Source of the DNA: Bacteroidales bacterium
GTDB lineage: Bacteria; Bacteroidota; Bacteroidia; Bacteroidales; UBA7960
Reading direction: 5' to 3'
DNA length: 64,000 nt
NCBI GenBank assembly: GCA_012521995.1
Contig: JAAYLH010000088.1
Coordinates: 565-64,564 of the forward strand
Notes under the pieces: generated by a model
The model's database searches: none
The model's input: only the letters and a program-made list of their open reading frames with translations
What the model was told of the DNA's origin: nothing
Made by a program: the position numbers and the translations under genes
Part shown: in pieces, positions 45,493-54,540 of the stretch
Position numbering within the stretch: the first letter of the stretch is position 1
Layout: every line of letters starts with the position of its first letter

Positions 45493-46054
45493 ATTCCTGC
45501 ACCTGCTCCCAGCGGAAACAGCCCGTCAGGTGATCGTTGATCATCCCGATGGCCTGCATATGCGCATACATAACGGTGGTGCCCAGGAATTTAAATCCGC
45601 GCTGTTTCATATCCTTGCTCACCTGATCAGATAATGGCGTGCTGGCGGGAATCTGCGATAGCTCATTCCAGTGATTGATAAGAGGTCGATGGCCCACGAA
45701 GCCCCAGATGTACTCATTGAATGAACCAAACTCTTCCTGAACTTCAAGGAACCGCCCGGCATTGTTGACGGCAGCCATGATCTTAGCGCGGTTACGTATG
45801 ATCCCTGCATCCTGCACCAGGGATTCTATTTTCAGATGATCAAAAACAGCAACCTGCTCAGGCTTGAAGCCGGCAAAAGCCTTACGGAAGTTTTCACGTT
45901 TCTTCAGCACAATATACCAGCTAAGGCCTGCTTGCATCGACTCAAGCACAAGGAATTCAAAATGGCGGTTATCATCCTGAACAGGCACACCCCATTCCTC
46001 ATCATGGTATTTTACGTACAGGGGATCTGTTCCACACCAGGGGCAGCGATTCAT
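45491..46054 (-). CDS. tag: DNA-3-methyladenine glycosylase I
   Basis: 187 aa. RCPWCGTDPLYVKYHDEEWGVP...FEFLVLE..QAGLSW...HLTGCF Tag signature including zinc ligands. Confidence 0.9.
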   Translation of the reverse strand: MNRCPWCGTDPLYVKYHDEEWGVPVQDDNRHFEFLVLESMQAGLSWYIVLKKRENFRKAFAGFKPEQVAVFDHLKIESLVQDAGIIRNRAKIMAAVNNAGRFLEVQEEFGSFNEYIWGFVGHRPLINHWNELSQIPASTPLSDQVSKDMKQRGFKFLGTTVMYAHMQAIGMINDHLTGCFRWEQVQE

Positions 46055-46151
46055 AGAAACTTCTGAATTGTATATGGATAATAAAAAATCGGCATTAATG
46101 GGTTTTAACCCGGCTTAAGGTTTTGATAAGTCAGCCCGGGGTTCAATTATT

Positions 46152-46700
46152 TCACTGCTTGTCAATCCAGTCAGGTCTGAGCAAAGCATACATTTCAATA
46201 TCTGTAAAGCCAATGGAGAGCAATTCAGCATCGCGGGCTATTCCCTCAAGCGAAAAGCCCAGTCTCCTGGGGATACGTTTGCTGCGCTTGTTACCAACGG
46301 CCACATTGATCTGGATGCGGTGAAAGCCCCATTGGTCAAAGGCCTGGTCGATCATGGCCCTAACCGAACGGGTGATAATGCCCTTACCCTGGTAGCGCTC
46401 TGATATCCAGTATCCGATCTCGGTTTTTCGGTTGGCCCGGTCGGTAAACTTATAGCCAATCAGCCCGGCAAACAGTCCCTGGTAGCGGATCGCATAAATG
46501 ATGTCACCAGGCCCGTTCTCGACAACCATTACGGCTTTTACAAATGCAAGAGAGTCATCCCTGGCAGTTGTATACTCGACAAAGGGAAGCCAACGACCAA
46601 GGTGTTTCCGCTCGCGGTCAATTGTAAAAAAGATGTCGTCAACATCCTTCAGGCTTACGGGACACAATTCTATTTCATCTGAGACAAAGAGATTCTTCAT
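46152..46700 (-). CDS. GNAT family N-acetyltransferase (RimJ/RimL-like)
   Basis: 182 aa. EIGYWISERYQGKGIITRSVRAMIDQAF...HRIQINVAVGNKRS..IPRRLGF acetyl-CoA binding motif. Confidence 0.8.
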   Translation of the reverse strand: MKNLFVSDEIELCPVSLKDVDDIFFTIDRERKHLGRWLPFVEYTTARDDSLAFVKAVMVVENGPGDIIYAIRYQGLFAGLIGYKFTDRANRKTEIGYWISERYQGKGIITRSVRAMIDQAFDQWGFHRIQINVAVGNKRSKRIPRRLGFSLEGIARDAELLSIGFTDIEMYALLRPDWIDKQ

Positions 46701-46724
46701 CGACCCGGATTTTCAAAAAAGACA

Positions 46725-47177
46725 TTATTTGGGCAAGCGGCCAAAGAGTCCCGCCAGCCAGCGATGAAAGCTATGAAAGCCCGCAGGATTGGCATGCATA
46801 AAGATACAACGTTTTGAAACAGCAAGCATTTCACTTTCATTCAGCAGCTTTAGGGTTTCCTTGTTGCCTGCCATCTGCTGCACCCATACATGGGTCATGC
46901 CCCTTTTCCCGGCTTCAATGATCAGCCGGTTTGTAAGCTCAGGTTTAAGGCCAATCCACAAAGCCTTGACATGGTCGGGCAATTCGGCAATGCTGCCGTA
47001 GATGGGTTCCTTGCCGGGGGTCTCCCCGCCTGCGGGGTTAACGGCATACACCCGGTAATCCCGGGTTTTCAGCATTTCAAAAACCTGTGCGCCAAACTTC
47101 CTGGGGTCGCGTGAAAATCCTGCAACGGCAATGTGCTTTTGCGACAGGAAGGCATCAATTATTTCTTTTTCGGTCAT
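46725..47177 (-). CDS. CoA-binding domain protein
   Basis: 150 aa. IAVAGFSRDPRKFG...GYRVYAVNP...Y.S..ELP pattern of CoA_binding_2-type proteins. Confidence 0.75.
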   Translation of the reverse strand: MTEKEIIDAFLSQKHIAVAGFSRDPRKFGAQVFEMLKTRDYRVYAVNPAGGETPGKEPIYGSIAELPDHVKALWIGLKPELTNRLIIEAGKRGMTHVWVQQMAGNKETLKLLNESEMLAVSKRCIFMHANPAGFHSFHRWLAGLFGRLPK

Positions 47178-47273
47178 GGCTCTATGGTTTTCATGGTTTA
47201 TATAATCGAGCGAGCTGCCAGTCCCTTGAACAGAATATCTTCCCGGAGGCTCCGAGCATTCACCACTTTGAGC

Positions 47274-47780
47274 TTAATCATACATCTGCACATACTCGTA
47301 CGTATTCCCGCAATGGTGAAGAAACTTAAGGAAACCGTCATAAGGAATAACCAGGGAAGCAGTGTTTATGCAAGGATGAAAGCTAATGGTTTTGCTACTC
47401 GCCAGGTTCTTGTCGAGAAACAGGTGAACGTGCCTGGCCTGGTCGTTGATGAGCCCGAAGGGGGTAACAGAACCAGGCGTAAGGCCCAGGTGTTTTTTCA
47501 GTCGTTCAGGCGAGGCAAAGCTCAGTTTTCCCTGCTTCAGGCGCTGCTCAAGGTCGCGGATATTCAGTTCCTGGCGGTGCTCTAAGATGACCAGGTAATG
47601 CCTGTTCCCCTTATGGTTGCGAAAAAACAGGTTCTTACAGTGGGTGGCATCCAGGTCTTTCCAGTATTTCCTGGCTTCTTCCACCGTGGGCGCTGCAGGA
47701 TGCCCGTAATATTCAAAATCAATCTCAAGTTGCCTCAACAATTCATAAAGTTTTGGATCTCCATTCATAACAGCAGCCAT
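47274..47780 (-). CDS. prolyl-tRNA synthetase-associated (YbaK/ProX-like) editing domain protein
   Basis: Start at an internal Met (47780, or 47768 MNGDPKLYELL). CKNLFFRN.KGNRHYLV...LGLTPGSVTPFGL resembles the YbaK/ProX family. Confidence 0.75.
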   Translation of the reverse strand: MAAVMNGDPKLYELLRQLEIDFEYYGHPAAPTVEEARKYWKDLDATHCKNLFFRNHKGNRHYLVILEHRQELNIRDLEQRLKQGKLSFASPERLKKHLGLTPGSVTPFGLINDQARHVHLFLDKNLASSKTISFHPCINTASLVIPYDGFLKFLHHCGNTYEYVQMYD

Positions 47781-47976
47781 AAAAAACTTCAAATTTAGGA
47801 AAAGTTTAAGAACAAGAAAAGCAAGCCTTCCTATTTGAAATACTGCCGGGAAATAATAATATACCGAAAACAAATATCATGTAAAAAAACCCTCGGCCTT
47901 CCTTCCAGAACCAAAAAAGAAAGCTTCTCCGAAAAATCAATTTTATCAGGAATTAAACTATCCTGCCAATGGATTG

Positions 47977-48019
47977 TTGATAAGATAACCTTTGGTTATT
48001 TATTAACTTTGCTTATCAA
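47977..48019 (+). promoter_or_regulatory. nested inverted repeats plus a TAACTTTG -7-like box upstream of ferritin (candidate metalloregulator operator/promoter)
   Basis: TTGATAAG ATAACC-ttt-GGTTAT ttattaactttg CTTATCAA. TAACTTTG (48004-48011) fits TAnnTTTG and lies 47 nt before the ATG. Confidence 0.3.
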
Positions 48020-48057
48020 ATCACACAAAATAGTCATTAACCCAAAATTTTAAGATC

Positions 48058-48564
48058 ATGTTATCAAAGAAAATGGAAGAGATCCTGAATCTTCAGGTCG
48101 GAAAAGAAGCATACGCCTCAGCACTCTATCTGGCCATGGCATCCTGGGCCGAGAAAAAGGGATACGAAGGCATATCCGAGTGGTTTTATGCCCAGTCGGA
48201 AGAAGAACGTGAACATATGCTGAAATTCCTGCGCTATGTAAACGAGCGAGGCGGACACGGCATCGTCCCCCTGGTAGACCAACCCCCTGTTGAATTCAAG
48301 GATGTGAAGAATGTATTCGACGCTTCCCTTGAGCACGAACAAATGGTGACCCGCTCCATCAACGAAATCGTAGGCCTGGCCCTGGAGGAAAAAGACTTCA
48401 TCACCCACAATTGGATCCAGTGGTTTGTACAGGAACAGCTGGAAGAAGAATCCTCAGTTCAAGGCATCATTGACAAGCTGAACATGCTTGAAGGCAAGAG
48501 CCTTTATGTCTTCGATCGCGACATCATGAAAATCCGCGGAGCAGGCGAAGAAGGAGCAGAATAA
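48058..48564 (+). CDS. ftnA: non-haem ferritin
   Basis: 168 aa. LN.Q...E.YAS.LYL.MA.W...G..G...W...QS.EE.EH..K ferroxidase-centre pattern. Confidence 0.9.
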   Translation: MLSKKMEEILNLQVGKEAYASALYLAMASWAEKKGYEGISEWFYAQSEEEREHMLKFLRYVNERGGHGIVPLVDQPPVEFKDVKNVFDASLEHEQMVTRSINEIVGLALEEKDFITHNWIQWFVQEQLEEESSVQGIIDKLNMLEGKSLYVFDRDIMKIRGAGEEGAE

Positions 48565-48622
48565 AAAAAAACGGGGGATGGTTCATCCCCTGATTTTTTC
48601 TTATTAATTTCGCTGCCCCAAA

Positions 48623-48695
48623 GCCTCCTTAGCTCAGCTGGTAGAGCAACGCACTCGTAATGCGTAGGTCGCGGGTTCAAGTCCCGTGGGAGGCT
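48623..48695 (+). tRNA. tRNA-Thr (CGT)
   Basis: 73-nt cloverleaf: acceptor GCCUCCU/GGGAGGC, D arm GCUC-AGCUGGUA-GAGC, anticodon arm ACGCA-CUCGUAA-UGCGU, T arm GCGGG-UUCAAGU-CCCGU. Confidence 0.9.
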
Positions 48696-48724
48696 CTCCG
48701 AATTTCTTAAAATGAATATTTTAA

Positions 48725-48758
48725 GGGCAGGCTCAATTGGATGAGCCTGCCCTTTTTT
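48725..48758 (+). terminator. rho-independent terminator after tRNA-Thr
   Basis: GGGCAGGCTCA-attgga-TGAGCCTGCCC followed by TTTTTT. Confidence 0.75.
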
Positions 48759-48883
48759 ATTCTTCCACTGCCCGGGCAAACCCCTTCCCCATCGCTTATA
48801 CCACCTCTCCTTTATAAGAGAAAAAGAAAATAAATAAAGGCCATTCCCCAGGTTTTTCTCAGTTGTTCCCAAAAAGAAAATAA

Positions 48884-48989
48884 AACGTATTTAAAACGAG
48901 AATAACACGTAGTTTAAACGTGCGTGTACGTCTGAACTACGTGTTAACTACGTCTGAACTACGTCTGAACTACGTCTGAACTCTGAACG
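48884..48989. repeat. TTTAAA-centred motifs followed by an 11-bp tandem array (5 full units plus a partial)
   Basis: ACGTATTTAAAACG and ACGTAGTTTAAACG are followed by ACGTCTGAACT (48928), ACGTGTTAACT, then ACGTCTGAACT x3 and CTGAACG. The unit resembles the CCGTATTAACT unit at 23036-23060. Confidence 0.85.
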
Positions 48990-49181
48990 AAAAATGGCTC
49001 CGGAAACTCCCCGGAGGGATCCGGCCCAAGGCATCTTGTTTGAAGACCGATATACGAATATCCAATGGATCAGCCAGGGCAAAAAAGGGCTATGGGTGCC
49101 CGATGGCAAAAAACTAAAGCCCTTTTTCCTTCCCTTTCGGGGAGTATCCTCCTGACTTTCAATAAGATAATCCTTTTTCAT

Positions 49182-49232
49182 AAAAAAAGTACTTTTTTTC
49201 TTGTTTGATACAATCTTTTATTATTACATTTG
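49182..49232 (+). promoter_or_regulatory. candidate promoter (-33 TTTG, -7 TACATTTG) preceded by the A7-GTAC-T7 palindrome, upstream of the Rrf2/hcp cluster
   Basis: AAAAAAAGTACTTTTTTT (49182-49199) is a perfect 18-bp palindrome. TTTG lies at 49204-49207 and TACATTTG at 49225-49232, 17 nt apart. Confidence 0.4.
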
Positions 49233-49265
49233 CGCATTCAAATACCTGAATTCAACAAAAGCGTT

Positions 49266-49664
49266 TTGAGCAAGATTCTAAACATATCAGAAGCCGCTAC
49301 CATAGCCATCCACAGCATGGCCTTGATAGCCCGCAGCAAGGATTTGCTCAATGCGCATGAGATCGCTGAGCTGACAGGATTTTCGAAGAATCACATTTCA
49401 AAGGTGTTGCAGCAACTTGTAAAAAACAACCTGCTCAACTCGACACGGGGGCCCAAAGGCGGATTTGAAATCAGGAAGGACCCGCAAAGCATTTCCCTGA
49501 TGGAGATTTACAAGGTCATTGACGGGGAGATAGACACAGGCACAGGATGCAAGATGCATTGCGAAAACTGCCCCTTCAACAATTGCATCTTCGGGGGCTT
49601 ATCGGCCAAATTCAGCAGGGAGTTCAGTAATTATTTAAAGGAAAAAACCCTGGCCACGGTTTAA
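49266..49664 (+). CDS. Rrf2 family transcriptional regulator (NsrR/IscR-like, three C-terminal Cys)
   Basis: I prefer the TTG at 49266, since the track start at 49230 lies inside the putative -7 box. wHTH: AHEIAELTGFSKNHISKVLQQLVKNNLL.STRGPKGGF. Cys cluster: CKMHCENCPFNNC. Confidence 0.8.
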   Translation: MSKILNISEAATIAIHSMALIARSKDLLNAHEIAELTGFSKNHISKVLQQLVKNNLLNSTRGPKGGFEIRKDPQSISLMEIYKVIDGEIDTGTGCKMHCENCPFNNCIFGGLSAKFSREFSNYLKEKTLATV

Positions 49665-49696
49665 CGAAATTTGAATCAAAATACTTATTTATCACA

Positions 49697-50578
49697 ATGA
49701 AAAGAACGATCATTAAAATTGACGAAGACCTGTGCAACGGCTGCGGGCTGTGTGTGAGCGGGTGCCACGAGGGAGCGCTGCAGCTCATCGACGGCAAGGC
49801 CCGTATGATCAGCGACCTGTATTGCGATGGGCTGGGAGCCTGCATCGGCGACTGCCCCCTTGGAGCCATAACCCTTGAGGAGCGGGAAGCAGAGCCGTAC
49901 AATGAAATTGAGGTAATGAAACGCGTGGTGCCCAAAGGGGAAACGACCATCATCGCCCACCTGAACCACCTCATTGATCACGACCAGCGCGATTTCGTTC
50001 TGGAAGGCTTGGATTACCTGCGCGACAACGACATCAAGATTGACTTTACCAAGCTTCATAAATTCAAAAACGATAAAGAAATGAGCAGCTCCTGCAGTTC
50101 AAATGGCAACGGGGGCGGATGTCCCGGTTCGAAGACCATGACCTTTGACATTCCTGCTGCGGCACCCATCAGCGCCGCGCTAACAGAAGATCAGCCTTCA
50201 GAACTAAGGCAATGGCCTGTTCAGTTTCACCTGCTTAGCCCCCTGGCGCCTTATTTCCGGAATGCCGATGTACTGCTGGCTGCCGACTGTGTGGCCTTTT
50301 CTATGGGCAATTTTCACAGCAAGCACCTCAAGGGCAAAAGCCTTGCCATCGCCTGCCCCAAACTCGACTCGAACAAGGAAAGCTACATTGAAAAGCTTAC
50401 CGCAATGATTGACCAGGCTAAGATCAACACCCTCACGGTGATGATGATGGAAGTGCCCTGCTGCTCGGGCCTGATGCAGATTGCCAAACTCGCCACCCAA
50501 CAGGCCACGCGGAAAGTACCTATTAAAGCCCTGATTGTCAGCATGCAGGGAGAAATAATGAGTGAGGAGTGGGTCTAA
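49697..50578 (+). CDS. 4Fe-4S dicluster domain protein with a Cys-rich C-terminal domain (hcp-associated Fe-S protein)
   Basis: 293 aa. CNGCGLCVSGCHEGA...YCDGLGACIGDCPLGA, and a C-terminal ...IACPKLD...EVPCCSGL. Confidence 0.7.
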   Translation: MKRTIIKIDEDLCNGCGLCVSGCHEGALQLIDGKARMISDLYCDGLGACIGDCPLGAITLEEREAEPYNEIEVMKRVVPKGETTIIAHLNHLIDHDQRDFVLEGLDYLRDNDIKIDFTKLHKFKNDKEMSSSCSSNGNGGGCPGSKTMTFDIPAAAPISAALTEDQPSELRQWPVQFHLLSPLAPYFRNADVLLAADCVAFSMGNFHSKHLKGKSLAIACPKLDSNKESYIEKLTAMIDQAKINTLTVMMMEVPCCSGLMQIAKLATQQATRKVPIKALIVSMQGEIMSEEWV

Positions 50579-50687
50579 GAAAATGATTTCATATATTTGA
50601 AAAACCAAATCAATTTGCAACACGAAAAGATAATCGTTCAAATCAACGTTCATTTTTCATTAACCAAAAAATCAGGAGATTAAACTT

Positions 50688-52346
50688 ATGAGTATGTTTT
50701 GTTTTCAATGTCAGGAAGCAGCAAAAGGAACGGGTTGCACCATCAAGGGCGTTTGCGGGAAGACCCCTGAAGTAGCCGGTATCCAGGATGTTTTGATGTA
50801 TTTCATTCGTGGCCTTTCGGTTTATTCAGAAATGGGCCGGGAGAAAGGCATCGAGAATGAGAAGGTTAACCGTTTTGTGTTCGACAGCCTTTTCATGACC
50901 ATTACCAATGCCAACTTCGATCACCATCGCTTTGTTGAAAAAATCAGTGAAGGATTCCAGCTGCGCAAGGAATTCATCCTGCAACTGAAAGATGCAGGGA
51001 TTGCCATCGACAAGGCCCAACTGCCCGATGCGGCCACTTGGGAAGCCAGCACCCAAGCCGAATACGAAAGTAAAGCCGGCGAAGTCGGTGTCCTGAAGCT
51101 CAGCAAGAACGAAGACATCCGCTCGCTGCGCGAACTGATGGTTTACGGCATTAAAGGAATGGCAGCCTATGCTGAACACGCCTTCAACCTGGGATACAAG
51201 GATGAAGAAGTTTACCGCTTTATGCAGAAAGGCCTTGCCGCGACCCTTAACGACAAGCTTTCGGCAGACGAATTGGTAGCCCTGGTTCTGGAAACCGGTA
51301 AGTATGGCGTTCAGGTCATGGCCCTGCTGGACAAAGCCAACACTGCCACCTACGGCAACCCTGAGATCACAAAGGTGAATATCGGCGTACGCAATAACCC
51401 CGGCATCCTGATCAGCGGGCACGACCTGCGCGACATGGAAGACTTGCTCGAGCAAACCCAGGGTACCGGCGTTGACGTGTATACCCATAGTGAAATGCTC
51501 CCCGCCAATTATTACCCTGCTTTCAAAAAGTATGAGCACTTTGTTGGCAACTACGGCAATGCCTGGTGGAAGCAACGTGAAGAGTTTGAGACTTTCAACG
51601 GCCCCATCCTGTTCACGACCAACTGCATCGTTCCTCCGCTGAAAAGCGCTACCTACACCGACCGCATTTACACCACCGGATCATCAGGTCTGGAAGGCGC
51701 CATCCACATTTCTGAGCGCAAGGAAGGTGGTCGCAAGGACTTCTCTCAGGTCATTGAACATGCCAAGCGCTGCGCTGCTCCCCAGGAGATTGAAAACGGT
51801 GAAATCGTTGGCGGTTTTGCCCACAACCAGGTGATACAACTGGCCGACAAGGTAGTTGAGGCCGTGAAGTCGGGTGCAATCCGCAAGTTCTTTGTAATGG
51901 CAGGCTGCGACGGCCGCATGAAAGATCGTGAATACTACACTGAATTTGCTGCCGCACTTCCAAAGGACACCGTGATCCTTACTGCAGGTTGTGCAAAATA
52001 CCGCTACAACAAATTGCCCCTGGGTGATATTGGTGGTATTCCCCGCGTACTCGACGCCGGTCAGTGCAATGACAGTTACAGTCTCGCCGTGATTGCCCTC
52101 AAGCTCAAAGAAGTTTTCGAGCTCAACGACATCAACGATCTGCCCATTGCCTATAACATTGCATGGTATGAGCAAAAAGCCGTGATCGTTCTGCTGGCAC
52201 TGCTTTTCCTGGGCGTGAAGAACATTCACCTCGGGCCAACCCTCCCCGCTTTCCTCTCACCCAACGTGGCAAAGGTGCTTGTCGAAAACTTTGGCATCGC
52301 CCCCATCAACACAGTGGATGAGGATATGAAAGTGTTTCTGAACTAA
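50688..52346 (+). CDS. hcp: hydroxylamine reductase / hybrid cluster protein
   Basis: 552 aa. N-terminal [23 protein letters not shown], and GHDL.D...[28 protein letters not shown]. Confidence 0.95.
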   Translation: MSMFCFQCQEAAKGTGCTIKGVCGKTPEVAGIQDVLMYFIRGLSVYSEMGREKGIENEKVNRFVFDSLFMTITNANFDHHRFVEKISEGFQLRKEFILQLKDAGIAIDKAQLPDAATWEASTQAEYESKAGEVGVLKLSKNEDIRSLRELMVYGIKGMAAYAEHAFNLGYKDEEVYRFMQKGLAATLNDKLSADELVALVLETGKYGVQVMALLDKANTATYGNPEITKVNIGVRNNPGILISGHDLRDMEDLLEQTQGTGVDVYTHSEMLPANYYPAFKKYEHFVGNYGNAWWKQREEFETFNGPILFTTNCIVPPLKSATYTDRIYTTGSSGLEGAIHISERKEGGRKDFSQVIEHAKRCAAPQEIENGEIVGGFAHNQVIQLADKVVEAVKSGAIRKFFVMAGCDGRMKDREYYTEFAAALPKDTVILTAGCAKYRYNKLPLGDIGGIPRVLDAGQCNDSYSLAVIALKLKEVFELNDINDLPIAYNIAWYEQKAVIVLLALLFLGVKNIHLGPTLPAFLSPNVAKVLVENFGIAPINTVDEDMKVFLN

Positions 52347-52440
52347 TTGTTTTTCATTTCTCTTCATAACCAACCTGCCGGGCCTGAAAACCCGGCAGGT
52401 TTTCATTACTCCATAAAAACATCCTCAAAACCCTATTTAC

Positions 52441-53703
52441 ATGAAGGCAAACGTAAAGACCCTTACAGCGATACTATTACTGTTGCCCCTTGCTGCAGGG
52501 GCGCAGGCCCAGTTTTCCCTTACAGGCGAATTGCGCCCAAGGACCGAATATCGCCATGGATTCTCATCCCTTATTGGACAGGATGAGGATGAGGCCTTTT
52601 TCATCTCTCAGCGGGCGAGACTGAACTTCAGGTACGGAAAAGATGAGCTGACTTTCTTTGTCAGCCTTCAAGACATCAGGGTATGGGGAGAGGTGCCCCA
52701 ACTGAACCGTTCCGACATAAATTCTTCCATCCACGAGGCCTGGGGCGAGATTCGCTTCAACCCCACTCTTTCGCTAAAGCTGGGAAGACAGGAGCTGGTT
52801 TACGACAATGCCCGCATCCTGGGTAATGTAGACTGGGCGCAGCATGCACGAAGCCATGATCTCGCCCTGCTGAAGTGGAAAACAGGCGAAAGGTCACAAT
52901 TACACGCAGGCTTGGCCTTCAACCAGGAGAGCGAGCGAAGGGTCTTTACCACTTACACCCTAAATAATTACAAGACCATGCAATTCCTGTGGTTCAACCA
53001 CAAAACGGAAAACACCAACGCCAGCCTGTTATTCCTCAGCAACGGCATCCAGGCTACCCCCGCAAAAACGGTATTCAGCCAAACCACAGGAGGGCGAATC
53101 ACCCAAAAGGTATCGGGGCTTGACCTCAGCGCTTCAGCCTACATCCAAACGGGCAGGGACGGCAATGAACGGGACCTCTCAGCCTGGTACCTGGCAGCAG
53201 AAGGAGCTTATGCCTTCAGTAGCGCTTTCAGGGGCGCCCTGGGCTTTGAATACCTGTCGGGAACCGATCTGGCTGATGCGGGCAACCCAAATGCCACAAA
53301 CCGTTCATTTAACCCCCTGTATGGCACCAATCACGCTTTTAACGGCCATATGGACTATTTTTACGTGGGCAACCACATCAACAGTGTGGGACTTGTAAAC
53401 CCATACTTCTCAGCACAATACACAAAAAACAAGATTCAACTGCAGGGGTTCCTCCATCTCCTTTTTGCGGATGGGGCCCTATACGAATCAGGCAACCCCA
53501 CACAGGAGATGTCACCCTACCTTGGAACAGAAATAGACCTGGTGATGGCATATACATTCAGCCCTCAAACAAGCATCAGGACAGGTTACTCACAATTGTT
53601 GGCCACCGAAAGTATGCAGCGCATTAAAGGCGGCGACCACGAGGAATTGCAGAATTGGTTTTGGGTAATGGTTGTGCTTAAACCCAGCCTCTGGTTCAAT
53701 TAA
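52441..53703 (+). CDS. alginate-export-family outer-membrane porin
   Basis: 420 aa. Signal peptide ending AQAQ, then F.LTGELR.R.EYRHG...QRARLN..Y and beta-barrel periodicity as in Alginate_exp proteins. Confidence 0.65.
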   Translation: MKANVKTLTAILLLLPLAAGAQAQFSLTGELRPRTEYRHGFSSLIGQDEDEAFFISQRARLNFRYGKDELTFFVSLQDIRVWGEVPQLNRSDINSSIHEAWGEIRFNPTLSLKLGRQELVYDNARILGNVDWAQHARSHDLALLKWKTGERSQLHAGLAFNQESERRVFTTYTLNNYKTMQFLWFNHKTENTNASLLFLSNGIQATPAKTVFSQTTGGRITQKVSGLDLSASAYIQTGRDGNERDLSAWYLAAEGAYAFSSAFRGALGFEYLSGTDLADAGNPNATNRSFNPLYGTNHAFNGHMDYFYVGNHINSVGLVNPYFSAQYTKNKIQLQGFLHLLFADGALYESGNPTQEMSPYLGTEIDLVMAYTFSPQTSIRTGYSQLLATESMQRIKGGDHEELQNWFWVMVVLKPSLWFN

Positions 53704-53773
53704 TTTTTCAATAAACACTTGAAAAAAAATCATTAACTTGGATTTAAAATAATACCCAAATACTCAAAAACCC

Positions 53774-53965
53774 ATGGAAAACGATCCCATCATCTGCACT
53801 TGCAATGAAATCCGCCAAAGCGAAATAGAAAAAGCGATCAAGGGAAAAAACCTCAAAACCATTGAGGAAGTACAGGATGAAACCTCCGCCGGAACAGTTT
53901 GCGGCGCCTGTGTAGATGACATCTTCCTTATACTGGAGAAGATCAACGGTAAGGTAGAGCTTTAG
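53774..53965 (+). CDS. BFD-like [2Fe-2S]-binding small protein
   Basis: 63 aa. ICTCNEI...AGTVCGACV four-Cys pattern of the BFD-like domain. Confidence 0.75.
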   Translation: MENDPIICTCNEIRQSEIEKAIKGKNLKTIEEVQDETSAGTVCGACVDDIFLILEKINGKVEL

Positions 53966-54163
53966 GGTTCTGAAAAAACAAGCCTTTTGACTTCAGAATA
54001 TGGATTAAGGATTTTTGATGAATCTGAAATAAAAATCCCGACATCCAACAAGTATCACCTGAAACCTGACACCTTAACATTGAACCTTGAACAGAAAGCC
54101 CTTCCTGCAACTGGCAGTCTTAATCGCTAACCCAATAAACCCATAACTCTCAATAGTTTTAAC

Positions 54164-54490
54164 ATGAGCATATTTGATCCGGGAAAAACCATTGATTTCA
54201 AAAAAGCCGTTGACTATTCAACCGATGGCATCGTCAGCAAGCAAGTCCTGATAAAAAGTACGGGCAACGTCACCCTTTTTGCCTTCGATCAGGGACAGCG
54301 GCTCAGCGAGCACAGTGCCCCTTTCGATGCAATGGTGCAGGTCCTGGAGGGTAAAGGCGAAGTCATCATCAACAAGGAACCCTTCATCCTTGAGGAAGGC
54401 CAGACCATCATCATGCCTGCAAACATTCCCCATGCAGTTCATGCCATCGGGCGCTTCAAGATGTTGCTGACTATGATCAAGGGTTCGTAA
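54164..54490 (+). CDS. cupin domain protein
   Basis: 108 aa. LSEHSAPFDAMVQVLEGKGEV...G....MPANIPHAV cupin motifs. Confidence 0.75.
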   Translation: MSIFDPGKTIDFKKAVDYSTDGIVSKQVLIKSTGNVTLFAFDQGQRLSEHSAPFDAMVQVLEGKGEVIINKEPFILEEGQTIIMPANIPHAVHAIGRFKMLLTMIKGS

Positions 54491-54540
54491 AACAAACCAC
54501 CAGTCAAATATCTTTGAATTTCCCTGTTTATTAAGGGCCC

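Noticed and set aside
48504-48872. 122-aa minus-strand ORF. A similar case is the 40200-40511 minus-strand ORF.
   Set aside because: They run straight through tRNA-Thr and tRNA-Gln respectively, together with their terminators. They are not coding.
48928-48989. The 11-bp tandem array as a CRISPR or minisatellite-encoded peptide.
   Set aside because: The units are contiguous with no spacers and far shorter than CRISPR repeats, and no cas genes are present. It is reported as a tandem repeat instead.
48948-49181. Small ORFs in the tRNA-Thr/Rrf2 spacer: the 77-aa minus-strand ORF, and a 57-aa plus-strand ORF at 48994-49167 (MAPETPRRDPAQGILFEDRYTNIQWISQGKKGLWVPDGKKLKPFF...).
   Set aside because: The minus-strand ORF ends inside the repeat array and has no motif. 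The plus-strand peptide looks vaguely protein-like and could be a gene remnant, but I cannot assign it to a family or support expression. It is worth a BLAST but is not reported as a feature.
53966-54163. Short direct and inverted repeats in the 198-bp spacer before the first cupin gene (TTCTGAA...TTCAGAA; ACCTGAAACCTGACACC; TTGAACCTTGAAC).
   Set aside because: The repeats are short (6-7 bp) and imperfect, within what chance would produce in AT-rich spacer. The region may hold a promoter, but I cannot support a specific element.
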